From Eledone cirrhosa (lineage: Eukaryota): 64,000 nucleotides of DNA. The stretch covers positions 367,722,001 through 367,786,000 of the forward strand of contig OZ024742.1 of the NCBI GenBank assembly GCA_964016885.1, in the 5' to 3' direction. The notes under the pieces are model-generated. The model did not search any database, had not been told where the DNA came from, and saw nothing but the letters and a program-made list of their open reading frames with translations. The first letter of the stretch is position 1; every line of letters starts with the position of its first letter. Below, piece by piece: positions 25,001-39,200 of the stretch. A program made the translations under genes and the position numbers.

Positions 25001-27250
25001 TTGGTGATCACTCATGGTCGAATGTTCGATTGGGAAAACAGCCTGTTTTATCTGGTCATGTATCATTTGGTGATCACTCATGGCCGAATGTTCGATTGGG
25101 AAACCAGCTGGTTTTATCTGGTCCTGTATCATTTGGTGATCACTCATGGTCGAATGTTCTATTGGAAAACCAGCTGGTTTTATCTGGTCCTGTATCATTT
25201 GGTGATCACTAATGGTCGAATGTTCAATCGGAAAACCAGCTGGTTTGATCTGGTCCTGTGTCATTTGGTGATCACTAATTGTCGAATGTTCGATTGGAAA
25301 ACCATCTGGTTTTATCTGGTCCTGTGTCATTTGGTGATCACTAATGGTTGAATGTTCGATTGGAAAACCAGCTGGTTTTATCTGGTCCTGTGTCATTTTG
25401 TGATCACTAATGGTCGAATGTTCGATTGGAAAACCAGCTGGTTTTATCTGGTCCTGTGTCATTTGGTGATCACTAATGGTCGAATGTTCGATTGGAAAAC
25501 CAGCTGGTTTTATCTGGTCCTGTGTCATTTGGTGATCACTAATGGTCGAATGTTCGATTGGAAAACCAGCTGGCTTGATCTAGTCCTGTGTCATTTGGTG
25601 ATCACTAATGATCGAATGTTCGATTGGAAAATCAGCTGGTTTTATCTGGTCCTGTGTCATTTGGTGATCACTAATGGTCGAATGTTCGATTGGAAAACCA
25701 GCTGGTTGTATCTGGTCCTGTGTCATTTGGTGATCTCTGTTGGTCGAATGTTAGATTGGAAAACCAGCTGGTTTCATCTGGTCCTGTGTCTTTTGGTGTT
25801 CACTATCGGTCGAATGTTCGATTGGGAAACCAGCTGGTTTTATCTGGTCCTGTGTCATTTGGTGATCACTAATGGTCGAATGTTCGATTGGGAAACCAGC
25901 TGGTTTTATCTGGTCCTGTATCAATTGGTGATCACTCATGGTCGAATGTTCGATTGGAAAACCAGCTGGTTTCATCTGGTCCTGTGTCTTTTGGTGTTCA
26001 CTATTGGTCGAATGTTCGATTGGAAAACCAGCTGGTTTTATCTGCTCCTGTATCATTTGTTGGTCAATCATGGTCGAATGTTCGATTGGGAAACCAGCTG
26101 GTTGTATCTGGTCCTGTGTCATTTGGTGATCACTATTGGTCGAATGTTCGATTGGGAAACCAGCTGGTTTTATCTGGTTCTGTGTCATTTGGTGATCACT
26201 AATGGTCGAATGTTCGATTGGGAAACCAATTGGTTTTATCTGGTCCTGTGTCATTTGGTGATCACTCATGGCCGAATGTTCGATTGGGAAACCAGCTGGT
26301 TTTATCTGGTCCTGTATCAGTGATCACTCATGTTGGAATGTTCGATTGGAAAACCAGCTGATTTTATCTGGTCCTGTATCATTTGGTGATCACTAATGGT
26401 CGAATGTTCGATTGGAAAACCAGCTGGTTTTATCTGTTCCTGTGTCATTTGGTGATCACTAATTGTCGAATGTTCGATTGGAAAATCAGCTGGTTTTATC
26501 TGGTCCTGTGTCATTTGGTGATCACTAATGGTCGAATGTTTGATTGGAAAATCAGCTGGTTTTATCTGGTCCTGTGTCATTTGGTGATCACTAATGGTCG
26601 AATGTTCGATTGGAAAACCAGCTGGTTGTATCTGGTCCTGTATCATTTGGTGATCACTCATGGTCGAATGTTCGATTGGGAAACCAGCTGGTTTTATCTG
26701 GTCCTGTATCATTTGTTGATCACTCATGGTCGAATGTTCGATTGGGAAACCAGCTGGTTTTATCTGGTCCTGTATCCTTTGGTGATCACTCATGGTCGAA
26801 TGTTCGATTGGGAAACCAGCTGGTTTTATCTGGTCCTGTATCATTTGGTGATCACTCATGGTCGAATGTTCGATTGGGAAACCAGCTGGTTTTATCTGGT
26901 CCTGTATCATGTGGTGATCATATTGGTCGAATGTTCGATTGGGAAACCAGCTGGTTTTATCTGGTCCTGTATCATTTGGTGATCACTCATGGTGGAATGT
27001 TCGATTGGAAAACCAGCTGGTTTTATCTGGTCCTGTATCATTTGGTGATCACTAATGGTCGAATGTTCGATTGGAAAACCAGCTGGTTTGATCTGTTCCT
27101 GTGTCATTTGGTGATCACTAATTGTCGAATGTTCGATTGGAAAACCAGCTGGTTTTATCTGGTCCTGTGTCATTTGGTGATCACTAATGGTTGAATGTTC
27201 GATTGGAAAACCAGCTGGTTTTATCTGGTCCTGTGTCATTTGGTGATCAC
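17876..27250. repeat. Large tandem duplication, period 4680 bp (71 monomers minus 6 bp)
   Basis: More than a dozen ORF pairs are offset by exactly 4680 (18041/22721, 18870/23550, 19383/24063, 20672/25352, 21930/26610, 22515/27195). Only scattered single-base differences separate the copies. Confidence 0.92.
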
Positions 27251-29749
27251 TAATGGTCGAATGTTCCATTGGAAAACCAGCTGGTTTTATCTGATCCTGT
27301 GTCATTTGGTGATCACTAATGGTCGAATGTTCGATTGGAAAATCAGCTGGTTTTATCTGGTCCTGTGTCATTTGGTGATCACTAATGGTCGAATGTTCGA
27401 TTGGAAAACCAGCTGGTTGTATCTGGTCCTGTGTCATTTGGTGATCTCTGTTGGTCGAATGTTCGATTGGAAAACCAGCTGGTTTCATCTGCTCCTGTGT
27501 CTTTTGGTGTTCACTATTGGTCGAATGTTCGATTGGAAAACCAGCTGGTTTTATCTGTTCCTGCATCATTTGGTGATCACTCATGGTCGAATGTTCGATT
27601 GGGAAACCAGCTGGTTTTATCTGGTCCTGTATCATTTGGTGATCACTCATGGTCGAATGTTCGATTGGGAAACCAGCTGGTTGTATCTGGTCCTGTATCA
27701 TTTGTTGATCACTCATGGTCGAATGTTCGATTGGGAAACCAGCTGGTTGTATCTGGTCCTGTATCATTTGGTGATCACTCATGGTCGAATGTTCGATTGG
27801 AAAACCAGCTGGTTTCATCTGGTCCTGTGTCTTTTGGTGTTCACTATTGGTCGAATGTTCGATTGGAAAACCTGCTGGTTTTATCTGCTCCTGTATCATT
27901 TGGTGGTCAATCATGGTCGAATGTTCGATTGGGAAACCAGCTGGTTGTATCTGGTCCTGTGTCATTTGGTGATCACTATTGGTCGAATGTTCGATTGGGA
28001 AACAGGCTGATTTTATCTGGTCTTGTGTCATTTGGTGATCACTATTGGTCGAATGTTCGATTGGGAAACCAGCTGGTTTTATCTGGTCCTGTGTCATTTG
28101 GTGATCACTAATGGTCGAATGTTCGATTGGGAAACCAATTGGTTTTACCTGGTCCTGTGTCATTTGGTGATCACTCATGGCCGAATGTTCGATTGGGAAA
28201 CCAGCTGGTTTTATCTGGTCCTGTATCATTTGGTGATCACTCATGGTCGAATGTTCGATTGGGAAACCAGCTGGTTTTATCTGGTCCTGTATCATTTGGT
28301 GATCACTCATGGTCGAATGTTCGATTGGGAAACCAGCTGGTTTTATCTGGTCCTGTATCATTTGGTGATCATATTGGTCGAATGTTCGATTGGGAAACCA
28401 GCTGGTTTTATCTGGTCCTGTATCATTTGGTGATCACTCATGGTCGAAAGTTCGATTGGAAAACCAGCTGGTTTTATCTGGTCCTGTATCATTTGGTGAT
28501 CACTCATGGTCGAATGTTCGATTGGGAAACCAGCTGGTTTTATCTGGTCCTTTATCATTTGGTGATCACTATTGGTCAAATGTTCGATTGGGAAACCAGC
28601 TGGTTTTATCTGGTCCTGTATCATTTGGTGATCACTCATGGTCGAATGTTCGATTGGGAAAACAGCCTGTTTTATCTGGTCATGTATCATTTGGTGATCA
28701 CTCATGGCCGAACGCTCGATTGGGAAACCAGCTGGTTTTATCTGGTCCTGTATCATTTGGTGATCACTCATGGTGGAATGTTCTATTGGACAACCAGCTG
28801 GTTTTATCTGGTTCTGTATCATTTGGTGATCACTAATGGTCGAATGTTCGATCGGAAAACCAGCTGGTTTGATCTGGTCCTGTGTCATTTGGTGATCACT
28901 AATTGTCGAATGTTCGATTGGAAAACCAGCTGGTTTTATCTGGTCCTGTGTCATTTGGTGATCACTAATGGTGGAATGTTCGATTGGAAAACCAGCTGGT
29001 TTTATCTGGTCCTGTGTCATTTGGTGATCACTAATGGTCGAATGTTCGATTGGAAAACCAGCTGGTTTTATCTGGTCCTGTGTCATTTGGTGATCACTAA
29101 TGGTCGAATGTTCGATTGGAAAACCAGCTGGTTTTATCTGGTCCTGTGTCATTTGGTGATCACTAATGGTCGAATGTTCGATTGGAAAACCAGCTGGCTT
29201 GATCTAGTCCTGTGTCATTTGGTGATCACTAATGGTCGAATGTTCGATTGGAAAATCAGCTGGTTTTATCTGGTCCTGTGTCATTTGGTGATCACTAATG
29301 GTCGAATGTTCGATTGAAAAACCAGCTGGTTGTATCTGGTCCTGTGTCATTTGGTGATCTCTGTTGGTCGAATGTTCGATTGGAAAACCAGCTGGTTTCA
29401 TCTGGTCCTGTGTCTTTTGGTGTTCACTATTGGTCGAATGTTCGATTGGAAAACTAGCTGGTTTTATCTGTTCCTGTATCATTTGGTGATCACTCATGGT
29501 CGAATGTTCGATTGGGAAACCAGCTGGTTTTATCTGGTCCTGTATCATTTGGTGATCAATCATGGTCGAATGTTCGATTGGGAAACCAGCTGGTTTTATC
29601 TGGTCCTGTATCAATTGGTGATCACTCATGGTCGAATGTTCGATTGGAAAACCAGCTGGTTTCATCTGGTCCTGTGTCATTTGGTGATCACTATTGGTCG
29701 AATGTTCGATTGGGAAAACAGGCTGGTTTTATCTGGTCCTGTGTCATTT

Positions 29750-31390
29750 GGTGATCACTAATGGTCGAATGTTCGATTGGGAAACCAATTGGTTTTATCT
29801 GGTCCTGTGTCATTTGGTGATCACTCATGGCCGAATGTTCGATTGGGAAACCAGCTGGTTTTATCTGGTCCTGTATCAGTGATCACTCATGGTGGAATGT
29901 TCGATTGGAAAACCAGCTGGTTTTATCTGGTCCTGTATCATTTGGTGATCACTAATGGTCGAATGTTCGATTGGAAAACCAGCTGGTTTTATCTGTTCCT
30001 GTGTCATTTGGTGATCACTAATTGTCGAATGTTCGATTGGAAAATCAGCTGGTTTTATCTGGTCCTCTGTAATTTGGTGATCACTAATGGTCGAATGTTC
30101 GATTGGAAAACCAGCTGGTTGTATCTGGTCCTGTATCATTTGGTGATCACTCATGGTCGAATGTTCGATTGGGAAACCAGCTGGTTTTATCTGGTCCTGT
30201 ATCATTTGGTGATCACTCATGGTCGAATGTTCGATTGGGAAACCAGCTGGTTTTATCTGGTCCTGTATCATTTGGTGATCACTCATGGTCGAATGTTCGA
30301 TTGGAAAACCAGCTGGTTTTATCTGGTCCTGTGTCATTTGTTGATCACTAATGGTCGAATGTTCGATTGGAAAACCAGCTGGTTTTATCTGGTCCTGTGT
30401 CATTTGGTGATCACTAATGGTCGAATGTTCGATTGGAAAATCAGCTGGTTTTATCTGGTCCTGTGTCATTTGGTTATCACTAATGGTCGAATGTTCGATT
30501 GGAAAACCAGCTGGTTGTATCTGGTCCCGTGTCATTTGGTGATCTCTGTTGGTCGAATGTTCAATTGGAAAACCAGCTGGTTTCATCTGGTCCTGTGTCT
30601 TTTGGTGTTCACTATTGGTCGAATGTTCGATTGGAAAACCAGCTGGTTTTATCTGTTCCTGCATCATTTGGTGATCACTCATGGTCGAATGTTCGATTGG
30701 GAAACCAGCTGGTTTTATCTGGTCCTGTATCATTTGGTGATCACTCATGGTCGAATGTTCGATTGGGAAACCAGCTGGTTGTATCTGGTCCTGTATCATT
30801 TGTTGATCACTCATGGTCGAATGTTCGATTGGGAAACCAGCTGGTTCTATCTGGTCCTGTATCATTTGGTAATCACTCATAGCCGAATGTTCGATTGGGA
30901 AACCAGCTGGTTTTATCTGGTCCTGTATCAATTGGTGATCACTCATGGTCGAATGTTCGATTGGAAAACCATCTGGTTTCATCTGGTCCTGTGTCTTTTG
31001 GTGTTCACTATTGGTAGAATGTTCGATTGGAAAACCAGCTGGTTTTATCTGCTCCTGTATCATTTGGTGGTCAATCATGGTAGTATGTTCGATTGGGAAA
31101 CCAGCTGGTTGTATCTGGTCCTGTGTCATTTGGTGATCACTATTGGTCGAATGTTCGATTGGGAAACAGGCTGGTTTTATCTGGTCCTGTGTCATTTGGT
31201 GATCACTCATAGCCGAATGTTCGATTGGGAAACCAGCTGGTTTTTTCTGGTCCTGTATCATTTGGTGATCACTCATCTCATGGTCGAATGTTCGATTGGG
31301 AAACCAGCTGGTTTTATCTGGTCCTGTATCATTTGGTGATCACTCATGGTCGAATGTTCGATTGGGAAACCAGCTGGTTTTATCTGGTCC
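29750..31390. repeat. About 1.6-kb block with a distant paralogous copy at about 55430-57070 (offset 25679)
   Basis: 520-aa ORFs at 29777/55456 and 466-aa ORFs at 29876/55555. Both copies share the CTCAT duplication and the GGTTATCAC, GGTCCCGTG and CATAGCCG variants. Confidence 0.85.
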
Positions 31391-31974
31391 TGTATCATTT
31401 GGTGATCATATTGGTCGAATGTTCGATTGGGAAACCAGCTGGTTTTATCTGGTCCTGTATCATTTGGTGATCACTCATGGTCGAAAGTTCGATTGGAAAA
31501 CCAGCTGGTTTTATCTGGTCCTGTATCATTTGGTGATCACTCATGGTCGAATGTTCGATTGGGAAACCAGCTGGTTTTATCTGGTCCTTTATCATTTGGT
31601 GATCACTCATGGTCGAATGTTCGATTGGGAAAACAGCCTCTTTTATCTGGTCCTGTATCATTTGGTGATCACTCATGGCCGAAAGTTTGATTGTGAAACC
31701 AGCTGGTTTTATCTGGTCCTGTATCATTTGGTGATCACTAATGGTCGAATGTTCGATTGGAAAACCAGCTGGTTTTATCTGTTCCCGTGTCATTTGGTGA
31801 TCACTAATTGTCGAATGTTCGATTGGAAAATCAGCTGGTTTTATCTGGTCCTGTGTCATTTGGTGATCACTAATGGTCGAATGTTCGATTGGAAAACCAG
31901 CTGATTGTATCTGGTCCTGTATCATTTGGTGATCACTCATGGTCGAATGTTCGATTGGGAAACCAGCTGGTTTT

Positions 31975-33250
31975 ATCTGGTCCTGTATCATTTGGTGATC
32001 ATATTGGTCGAATGTTCGATTGGGAAACCAGCTGGTTTTATCTGGTCCTGTATCATTTGGTGATCACTCATGGTCGAATGTTCGATTGGAAAACCAGCAG
32101 GTTTTATCTGGTCCTGTATCATTTGGTGATCACTCATGGTCGAATGTTCGATTTGGAAACCAGCTGGTTTTATCTGGTCCTGTATCATTTGGTGATCACT
32201 CATGGTCGAATGTTCGATTGGGAAAACAGCCTGTTTTATCTGGTCCTGTATCATTTGGTGATCACTCATGGCCGAATGTTCGATTGGAAAACCAGCTGGT
32301 TTTATCTGGTCCTGTATCATTTAGTGATCACTCATGGTGGAATGTTCGATTGGAAAACCAGCTGGTTTTATCTGGTCCTGTATCATTTGGTGATCACTAA
32401 TGGTCGAATGTTCGATTGGAAAACCAGCTGGTATGATCTGGTCCTGTGTCATTTGGTGATCACTAATTGTCGAATGTTCGATTGGAAAACCAGCTGGTTT
32501 TATCTGGTCCTGTGTCATTTGGTGATCACTAATGGTTGAATGTTCGATTGGAAAACCAGCTGGTTTTATCTGGTCCTGTGTCATTTGGTGATCACTAATG
32601 GTCGAATGTTCGATTGGAAAACCAGCTGGTTTTATCTGGTCCTGTGTCATTTGGTGATCACTAATGGTCGAATGTTCGATTGGAAAACCAGCTGGTTTTA
32701 TCTGGTCCTGTGTCATTTGGTGATCATATTGGTCGAATGTTCGATTGGGAAACCAGCTGGTTTTATCTGGTCCTGTATCATTTGGTGATCACTCATGGTC
32801 GAATGTTCGATTGGAAAACCAGCAGGTTTTATCTGGTCCTGTATCATTTGGTGATCACTCATGGTCGAATGTTCGATTTGGAAACCAGCTGGTTTTATCT
32901 GGTCCTGTATCATTTGGTGATCACTCATGGTCGAATGTTCGATTGGGAAAACAGCCTGTTTTATCTGGTCCTGTATCATTTGGTGATCACTCATGGCCGA
33001 ATGTTCGATTGGAAAACCAGCTGGTTTTATCTGGTCCTGTATCATTTAGTGATCACTCATGGTGGAATGTTCGATTGGAAAACCAGCTGGTTTTATCTGG
33101 TCCTGTATCATTTGGTGATCACTAATGGTCGAATGTTCGATTGGAAAACCAGCTGGTTTGATCTGGTCCTGTGTCATTTGGTGATCACTAATTGTCGAAT
33201 GTTCGATTGGAAAACCAGCTGGTTTTATCTGGTCCTGTGTCATTTGGTGA
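31975..33250. repeat. Higher-order duplication, offset 725 bp (11 monomers minus 1 bp)
   Basis: ORF pairs 31988/32713, 32020/32745 and 32321/33046. Variants CAGCAGG, GATTTGG and TTTAGTG are shared. Confidence 0.8.
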
Positions 33251-36200
33251 TCACTAATGGTCGAATGTTCGATTGGAAAACCAGCTGGTTTTATCTGGTC
33301 CTGTGTCATTTGGTGATCTCTGTTGGTCGAATGTTCGATTGGAAAACCAGCTGGTTTCATCTGGTCCTGTGTCTTTTGGTGTTCACTATTGGTCGAATGT
33401 TCGATTGGAAAACCAGCTGGTTTTATCTGTTCCTGTATCATTTGGTGATCACACATGGTCGAATGTTCGATTGGGAAACCAGCTGGTTTTATCTGGTCCT
33501 GTATCATTTGGTGATCACTCATTGTCGAATGTTCGATTGGGAAACCAGCTCGTTGTATCTGGTCCTGTATCATTTGGTGATCACTCATGGTCGAATGTTC
33601 AATTGGGAAACCAGCTGGTTCTATCTGGTCCTGTATCATTTGGTGATCACTCATGGTCGAATGTTCGATTGGGAAACCAGCTGGTTTTATCTGGTCCTGT
33701 ATCAATTGGTGATCACTCATGGTCGAATGTTCGATTGGAAAACCAGCTGGTTTCATCTGGTCCTGTGTCTTTTGGTGTTCACTATTGGTCGAATGTTCGA
33801 TTGGAAAACCAGCAGGTTTTATCTGGTCCTGTATCATTTGGTGATCACTCATGGTCGAATGTTCGATTGGGAAACCAGCTGGTTGTATCTGGTCCTGTGT
33901 CATTTGGTGATCACTATTGGTCGAATGTTCGATTGGGAAAACAGCCTGTTTTATCTGGTCCTGTATCATTTGGTGATCACTCATGGCCGAATGTTTGATT
34001 GGGAAACCAGCAGGTTTTATCTGGTCCTGTATCAGTGATCACTCATGGTGGAATGTTCGATTGGAAAACCAGCTGCTTTTATCTGGTCCTGTATCATTTG
34101 GTGATCACTAATGGTGGAATGTTCGATTGGAAAATCAGCTGGTTTTATCTGCTCCTGTGTCATTTGGTGATCACTAATGGTCGAATGTTCGATTGGAAAA
34201 TCAGCTGGTTGTATCTGGTCCTGTATCATTTGGTGATCACTCATGGTCGAATGTTCGATTGGGAAACCAGCTGATTTTATCTGGTCCTGTATCATTTGGT
34301 GATCACTCATGGTCGAATGTTCGATTGGGAAACCAGCTGGTTTTATCTGGTCCTGTATCCTTTGGTGATCACTCATGGTCGAATGTTTGATTGGGAAACC
34401 AGCTGGTTTTATCTGCTCCTGTATCATTTGGTGATCACTCATGGTCGAAAGTTCGATTGGGAAACTAGCTGGTTTTATCTGGTCCTGTATCATTTGGTGA
34501 TCACTCATGGTCGAATGTTCGATTGGTAAACCAGCTGGTTTTATCTGGTCCTGTATCATTTGGTGATCACTTATGGTCAAATGTTCGATTGGGAAACCAG
34601 CTGGTTTTATCTGGTCCTGTATCATTTGGTGATCACTCATGGTCGAATGTTCGATTGGGAAACAAGCTGGTTTTATCTGGTCCTGTATCATTTGGTGATC
34701 ATATTGGTCGAATGTTCGATTGGGAAACCAGCTGGTTTTATCTGGTCCTGTATCATTTGGTGATCACTCATGGTCGAATGTTCGATTGGGAAACCAGCTG
34801 GTTTTATCTGGTCCTGTATCATTTGGTGATCACTCATAGTCGAATGTTCGATTGGGAAAACAGCCTGTTTTATCTGGTCCTGTATCATTTGGTGATCACT
34901 CATGGCCGAATGTTCGATTGGGAAACCAGCTGGTTTTATCTGGTCCTGTATCATTTGGTGATCACTCATGGTGGAATGTTCGATTGGAAAACCAGCTGGT
35001 TTTATCTGGTTCTGTATCATTTGGTGATCACTAATGGTCGAATGTTCGATTGGAAAACCAGCTGGTTTGATCTGGTCCTGTGTCATTTGGTGATCACTAA
35101 TTGTCGAATGTTCGATTGGAAAACCAGCTGGTTTGATCTGGTCCTGTGTCATTTGGTGATCACTAATGGTAGAATGTTCGATTGGAAAACCAGCTGGTTT
35201 TATCTGGTCCTGTGTCATTTGGTGATCACTAATGGTCGAATGTTCGATTGGAAAACCAGCTGGTTTTATCTGGTCCTGTGTCATTTGGTGATCACTAATT
35301 GTCGAATGTTCGATTGGAAAAGCAGCTGGCTTGATCTGGTCCTGTGTCATTTGGTGATCAATAATGGTCGAATGTTCGATTGGAAAATCAGCTGGTTTTA
35401 TCTGGTCCTGTGTCATTTGGTGATCACTAATGGTCGAATGTTCGATTGGAAAACCAGCTGGTTGTATCTGGTCCTGTGTCATTTGGTGATCTCTGTTGGT
35501 CGAATGTTCGATTGGAAAACCAGCTGGTTTTATCTGGTCCTGTATCATTTGCTGATCACTCATGGTGGAATGTTCGATTGGGAAACCAGCTGGTTTTATC
35601 TGGTCCTGTATCATTTGGTGATCACTCATGGTCGAATGTTCGATTGGGAAACCAGCTGGTTGTATCTGGTCCTGTATCATTTGGTGATCACTCATGGTCG
35701 AATGTTCGATTGGGAAACCAGCTGGTTCTATCTGGTCCTGTATCATTTGGTGATCACTCATGGTCGAATGTTCGATTGGGAAACCAGCTGGTTTTATCTG
35801 GTCCTGTATCAATTGGTGATCACTCATGGTCGAATGTTCGATTGGAAAACCAGCTAGTTTTATCTGGTCCTGTATCATTTGGTGATCACTCATGGTCGAA
35901 TGTTCGATTGGGAAACCAGCTGGTTTTATCTGGTCCTGTATCATTTGGTGATCACTCATGGTCGAATGTTCGATTGGGAAACCAGCTGGTTTGATCTGGT
36001 CCTGTGTCATTTGGTGATCACTAATTGTCGAATGTTCGATTGGAAAACCAGCTGGTTTTATCTGGTCCTGTGTCATTTGGTGATCACTAATGGTTGAATG
36101 TTCGATTGGAAAACCAGCTGGTTTTATCTGGTCCTGTGTCATTTGGTGATCACTAATGGTCGAATGTTCGATTGGAAAACCAGCTGGTTTTATCTGGTCC

Positions 36201-39200
36201 TGTGTCATTTGGTGATCACTAATGGTCGAATGTTCGATTGGAAAACCAGCTGGTTTTATCTGGTCCTGTGTCATTTGGTGATCACTAATGGTCGAATGTT
36301 CGATTGGAAAACCAGCTGGCTTGATCTTGTCCTGTGTCATTTGGTGATCACTAATGGTCGAATGTTCGATTGGAAAATCAACTGGTTTTATCTGGTCCTG
36401 TGTCATTTGGTGATCACTAATGGTCGAATGTTCGATTGGAAAACCAGCTGGTTGTATCTGGTCCTGTGTCATTTGGTGATCTCTGTTGGTCGAATGTTCG
36501 ATTGGAAAACCAGCTGGTTTCATCTTGTCCAGTGTCTTTTGGTGTTCACTATTGGTCGAATGTTCGATTGGAAAACCAGCTGGTTTTATCTGTTCCTGTA
36601 TCATTTGGTGATCACACATGGTCGAATGTTCGATTGGGAAACCAGCTGGTTTTATCTGGTCCTTTATCATTTGGTGATCACTCATTGTCGAATGTTCGAT
36701 TGGGAAACCAGCTCGTTGTATCTGGTCCTGTATCATTTGGTGATCACTCATGGTCGAATGTTCGATTGGGAAACCAGCTGGTTCTATCTGGTCCTGTATC
36801 ATTTGGTGATCACTCATGGTCGAATGTTCGATTGGGAAACCAGCTGGTTTTATCTGGTCCTGTATCAATTGGTGATCACTCATGGTCGAATGTTCGATTG
36901 GAAAACCAGCTGGTTTCATCTGGTCCTGTGTCTTTTGGTGTTCATTATTGGTCGAATATTCGATTGGAAAACCAGCTGGTTTTATCTGCTCCTGTATCAT
37001 TTGGTGATCACTCATGGTCGAATGTTCGATTGGGAAACCAGCTGGTTGTATCTGGTCCTGTGTCATTTGGTGATCACTATTGGTCGAATGTTCGATTGGG
37101 AAACAGGCTGGTTTTATCTGGTCCTGTGTCATTTGGTGATCACTATTGGTCGAATGTTCGATTGGGAAACCAGCTGGTTTTATCTGTTCCTGTGTCATTT
37201 GGTGATCACTAATGGTCGAATGTTCGATTGGGAAACCAATTGGTTTTATCTGGTCCTGTGTCATTTGGTGATCACTCATGGCCGAATGTTCGATTGGGAA
37301 ACCAGCTGGTTTTATCTGGTCCTGTATCAGTGATCACTCATGGTGGAATGTTCGATTGGAAAACCAGCTGGTTTTATCTGGTCCTGTATCATTTGGTGAT
37401 CACTAATGGTCGAATGTTCGATTGGAAAACCAGCTGGTTTTATCTGTTCCTGTGTCATTTGGTGATCACTAATTGTCGAATGTTCGATTGGAAAATCAGC
37501 TGGTTTTATCTGGTCCTGTGTCATTTGGTGATCACTAATGGTCGAATGTTCGATTGGAAAACCAGCTGGTTGTATCTGGTCCTGTATCATTTGGTGATCA
37601 CTCATGGTCGAATGTTCGATTGGGAAACCAGCTGGTTTTATCTGGTCCTGTATCAATTGGTGATCACTCATGGTCGAATGTTCGATTGGGAAAACAGCCT
37701 CTTTTATCTGGTCCTGTATCATTTGGTGATCACTCATGGCCGAAAGTTTGATTGTGAAACCAGCTGGTTTTATCTGGTCCTGTATCAGTGATCACTCATG
37801 GTGGAATGTTCGATTGGAAAACCAGCTGGTTTTATCTGGTCCTGTATCATTTGGTGATCACTAATGGTCGAATGTTCGATTGGAAAACCAGCTGGTTTTA
37901 TCTGTTCCCGTGTCATTTGGTGATCACTAATTGTCGAATGTTCGATTGGAAAATCAGCTGGTTTTATCTGGTCCTGTGTCATTTGGTGATCACTAATGGT
38001 CGAATGTTCGATTGGAAAACCAGCTGATTGTATCTGGTCCTGTATCATTTGGTGATCACTCATGGTCGAATGTTCGATTGGGAAACCAGCTGGTTATATC
38101 TGGTCCTGTATCATTTGGTGATCATATTGGTCGAATGTTCGATTGGGAAACCAGCTGGTTTTATCTGGTCCTGTGTCATTTGGTGATCATATTGGTCGAA
38201 TGTTCGATTGGGAAACCAGCTGGTTTTATCTGGTCCTGTATCATTTGGTGATCACTCATGGTCGAATGTTCGATTGGAAAACCAGCAGGTTTTATCTGGT
38301 CCTGTATCATTTGGTGATCACTCATGGTCGAATGTTCGATTTGGAAACCAGCTGGTTTTATCTGGTCCTGTATCATTTGGTGATCACTCATGGTCGAATG
38401 TTCGATTGGGAAAACAGCCTGTTTTATCTGGTCCTGTATCATTTGGTGATCACTCATGGCCGAATGTTCGATTGGAAAACCAGCTGGTTTTATCTGGTCC
38501 TGTATCATTTAGTGATCACTCATGGTGGAATGTTCGATTGGAAAACCAGCTGGTTTTATCTGGTCCTGTATCATTTGGTGATCACTAATGGTCGAATGTT
38601 CGATTGGAAAACCAGCTGGTTTGATCTGGTCCTGTGTCATTTGGTGATCACTAATTGTCGAATGTTCGATTGGAAAACCAGCTGGTTTTATCTGGTCCTG
38701 TGTCATTTGGTGATCACTAATGGTCGAATGTTCGATTGGAAAACCAGCTGGTTTTATCTGGTCCTGTGTCATTTGGTGATCTCTGTTGGTCGAATGTTCG
38801 ATTGGAAAACCAGCTGGTTTCATCTGGTCCTGTGTCTTTTGGTGTTCACTATTGGTCGAATGTTCGATTGGAAAACCAGCTGGTTTTATCTGTTCCTGTA
38901 TCATTTGGTGATCACACATGGTCGAATGTTCGATTGGGAAACCAGCTGGTTTTATCTGGTCCTGTATCATTTGGTGATCACTCATTGTCGAATGTTCGAT
39001 TGGGAAACCAGCTCGTTGTATCTGGTCCTGTATCATTTGGTGATCACTCATGGTCGAATGTTCAATTGGGAAACCAGCTGGTTCTATCTGGTCCTGTATC
39101 ATTTGGTGATCACTCATGGTCGAATGTTCGATTGGGAAACCAGCTGGTTTTATCTGGTCCTGTATCAATTGGTGATCACTCATGGTCGAATGTTCGATTG

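Noticed and set aside
29710-29725. Singleton indels (1-bp insertion GGGAAAACAGG about 29716; G loss about 43490)
   Set aside because: These are single occurrences in short homopolymers. They may be sequencing errors or private mutations and carry no further signal.
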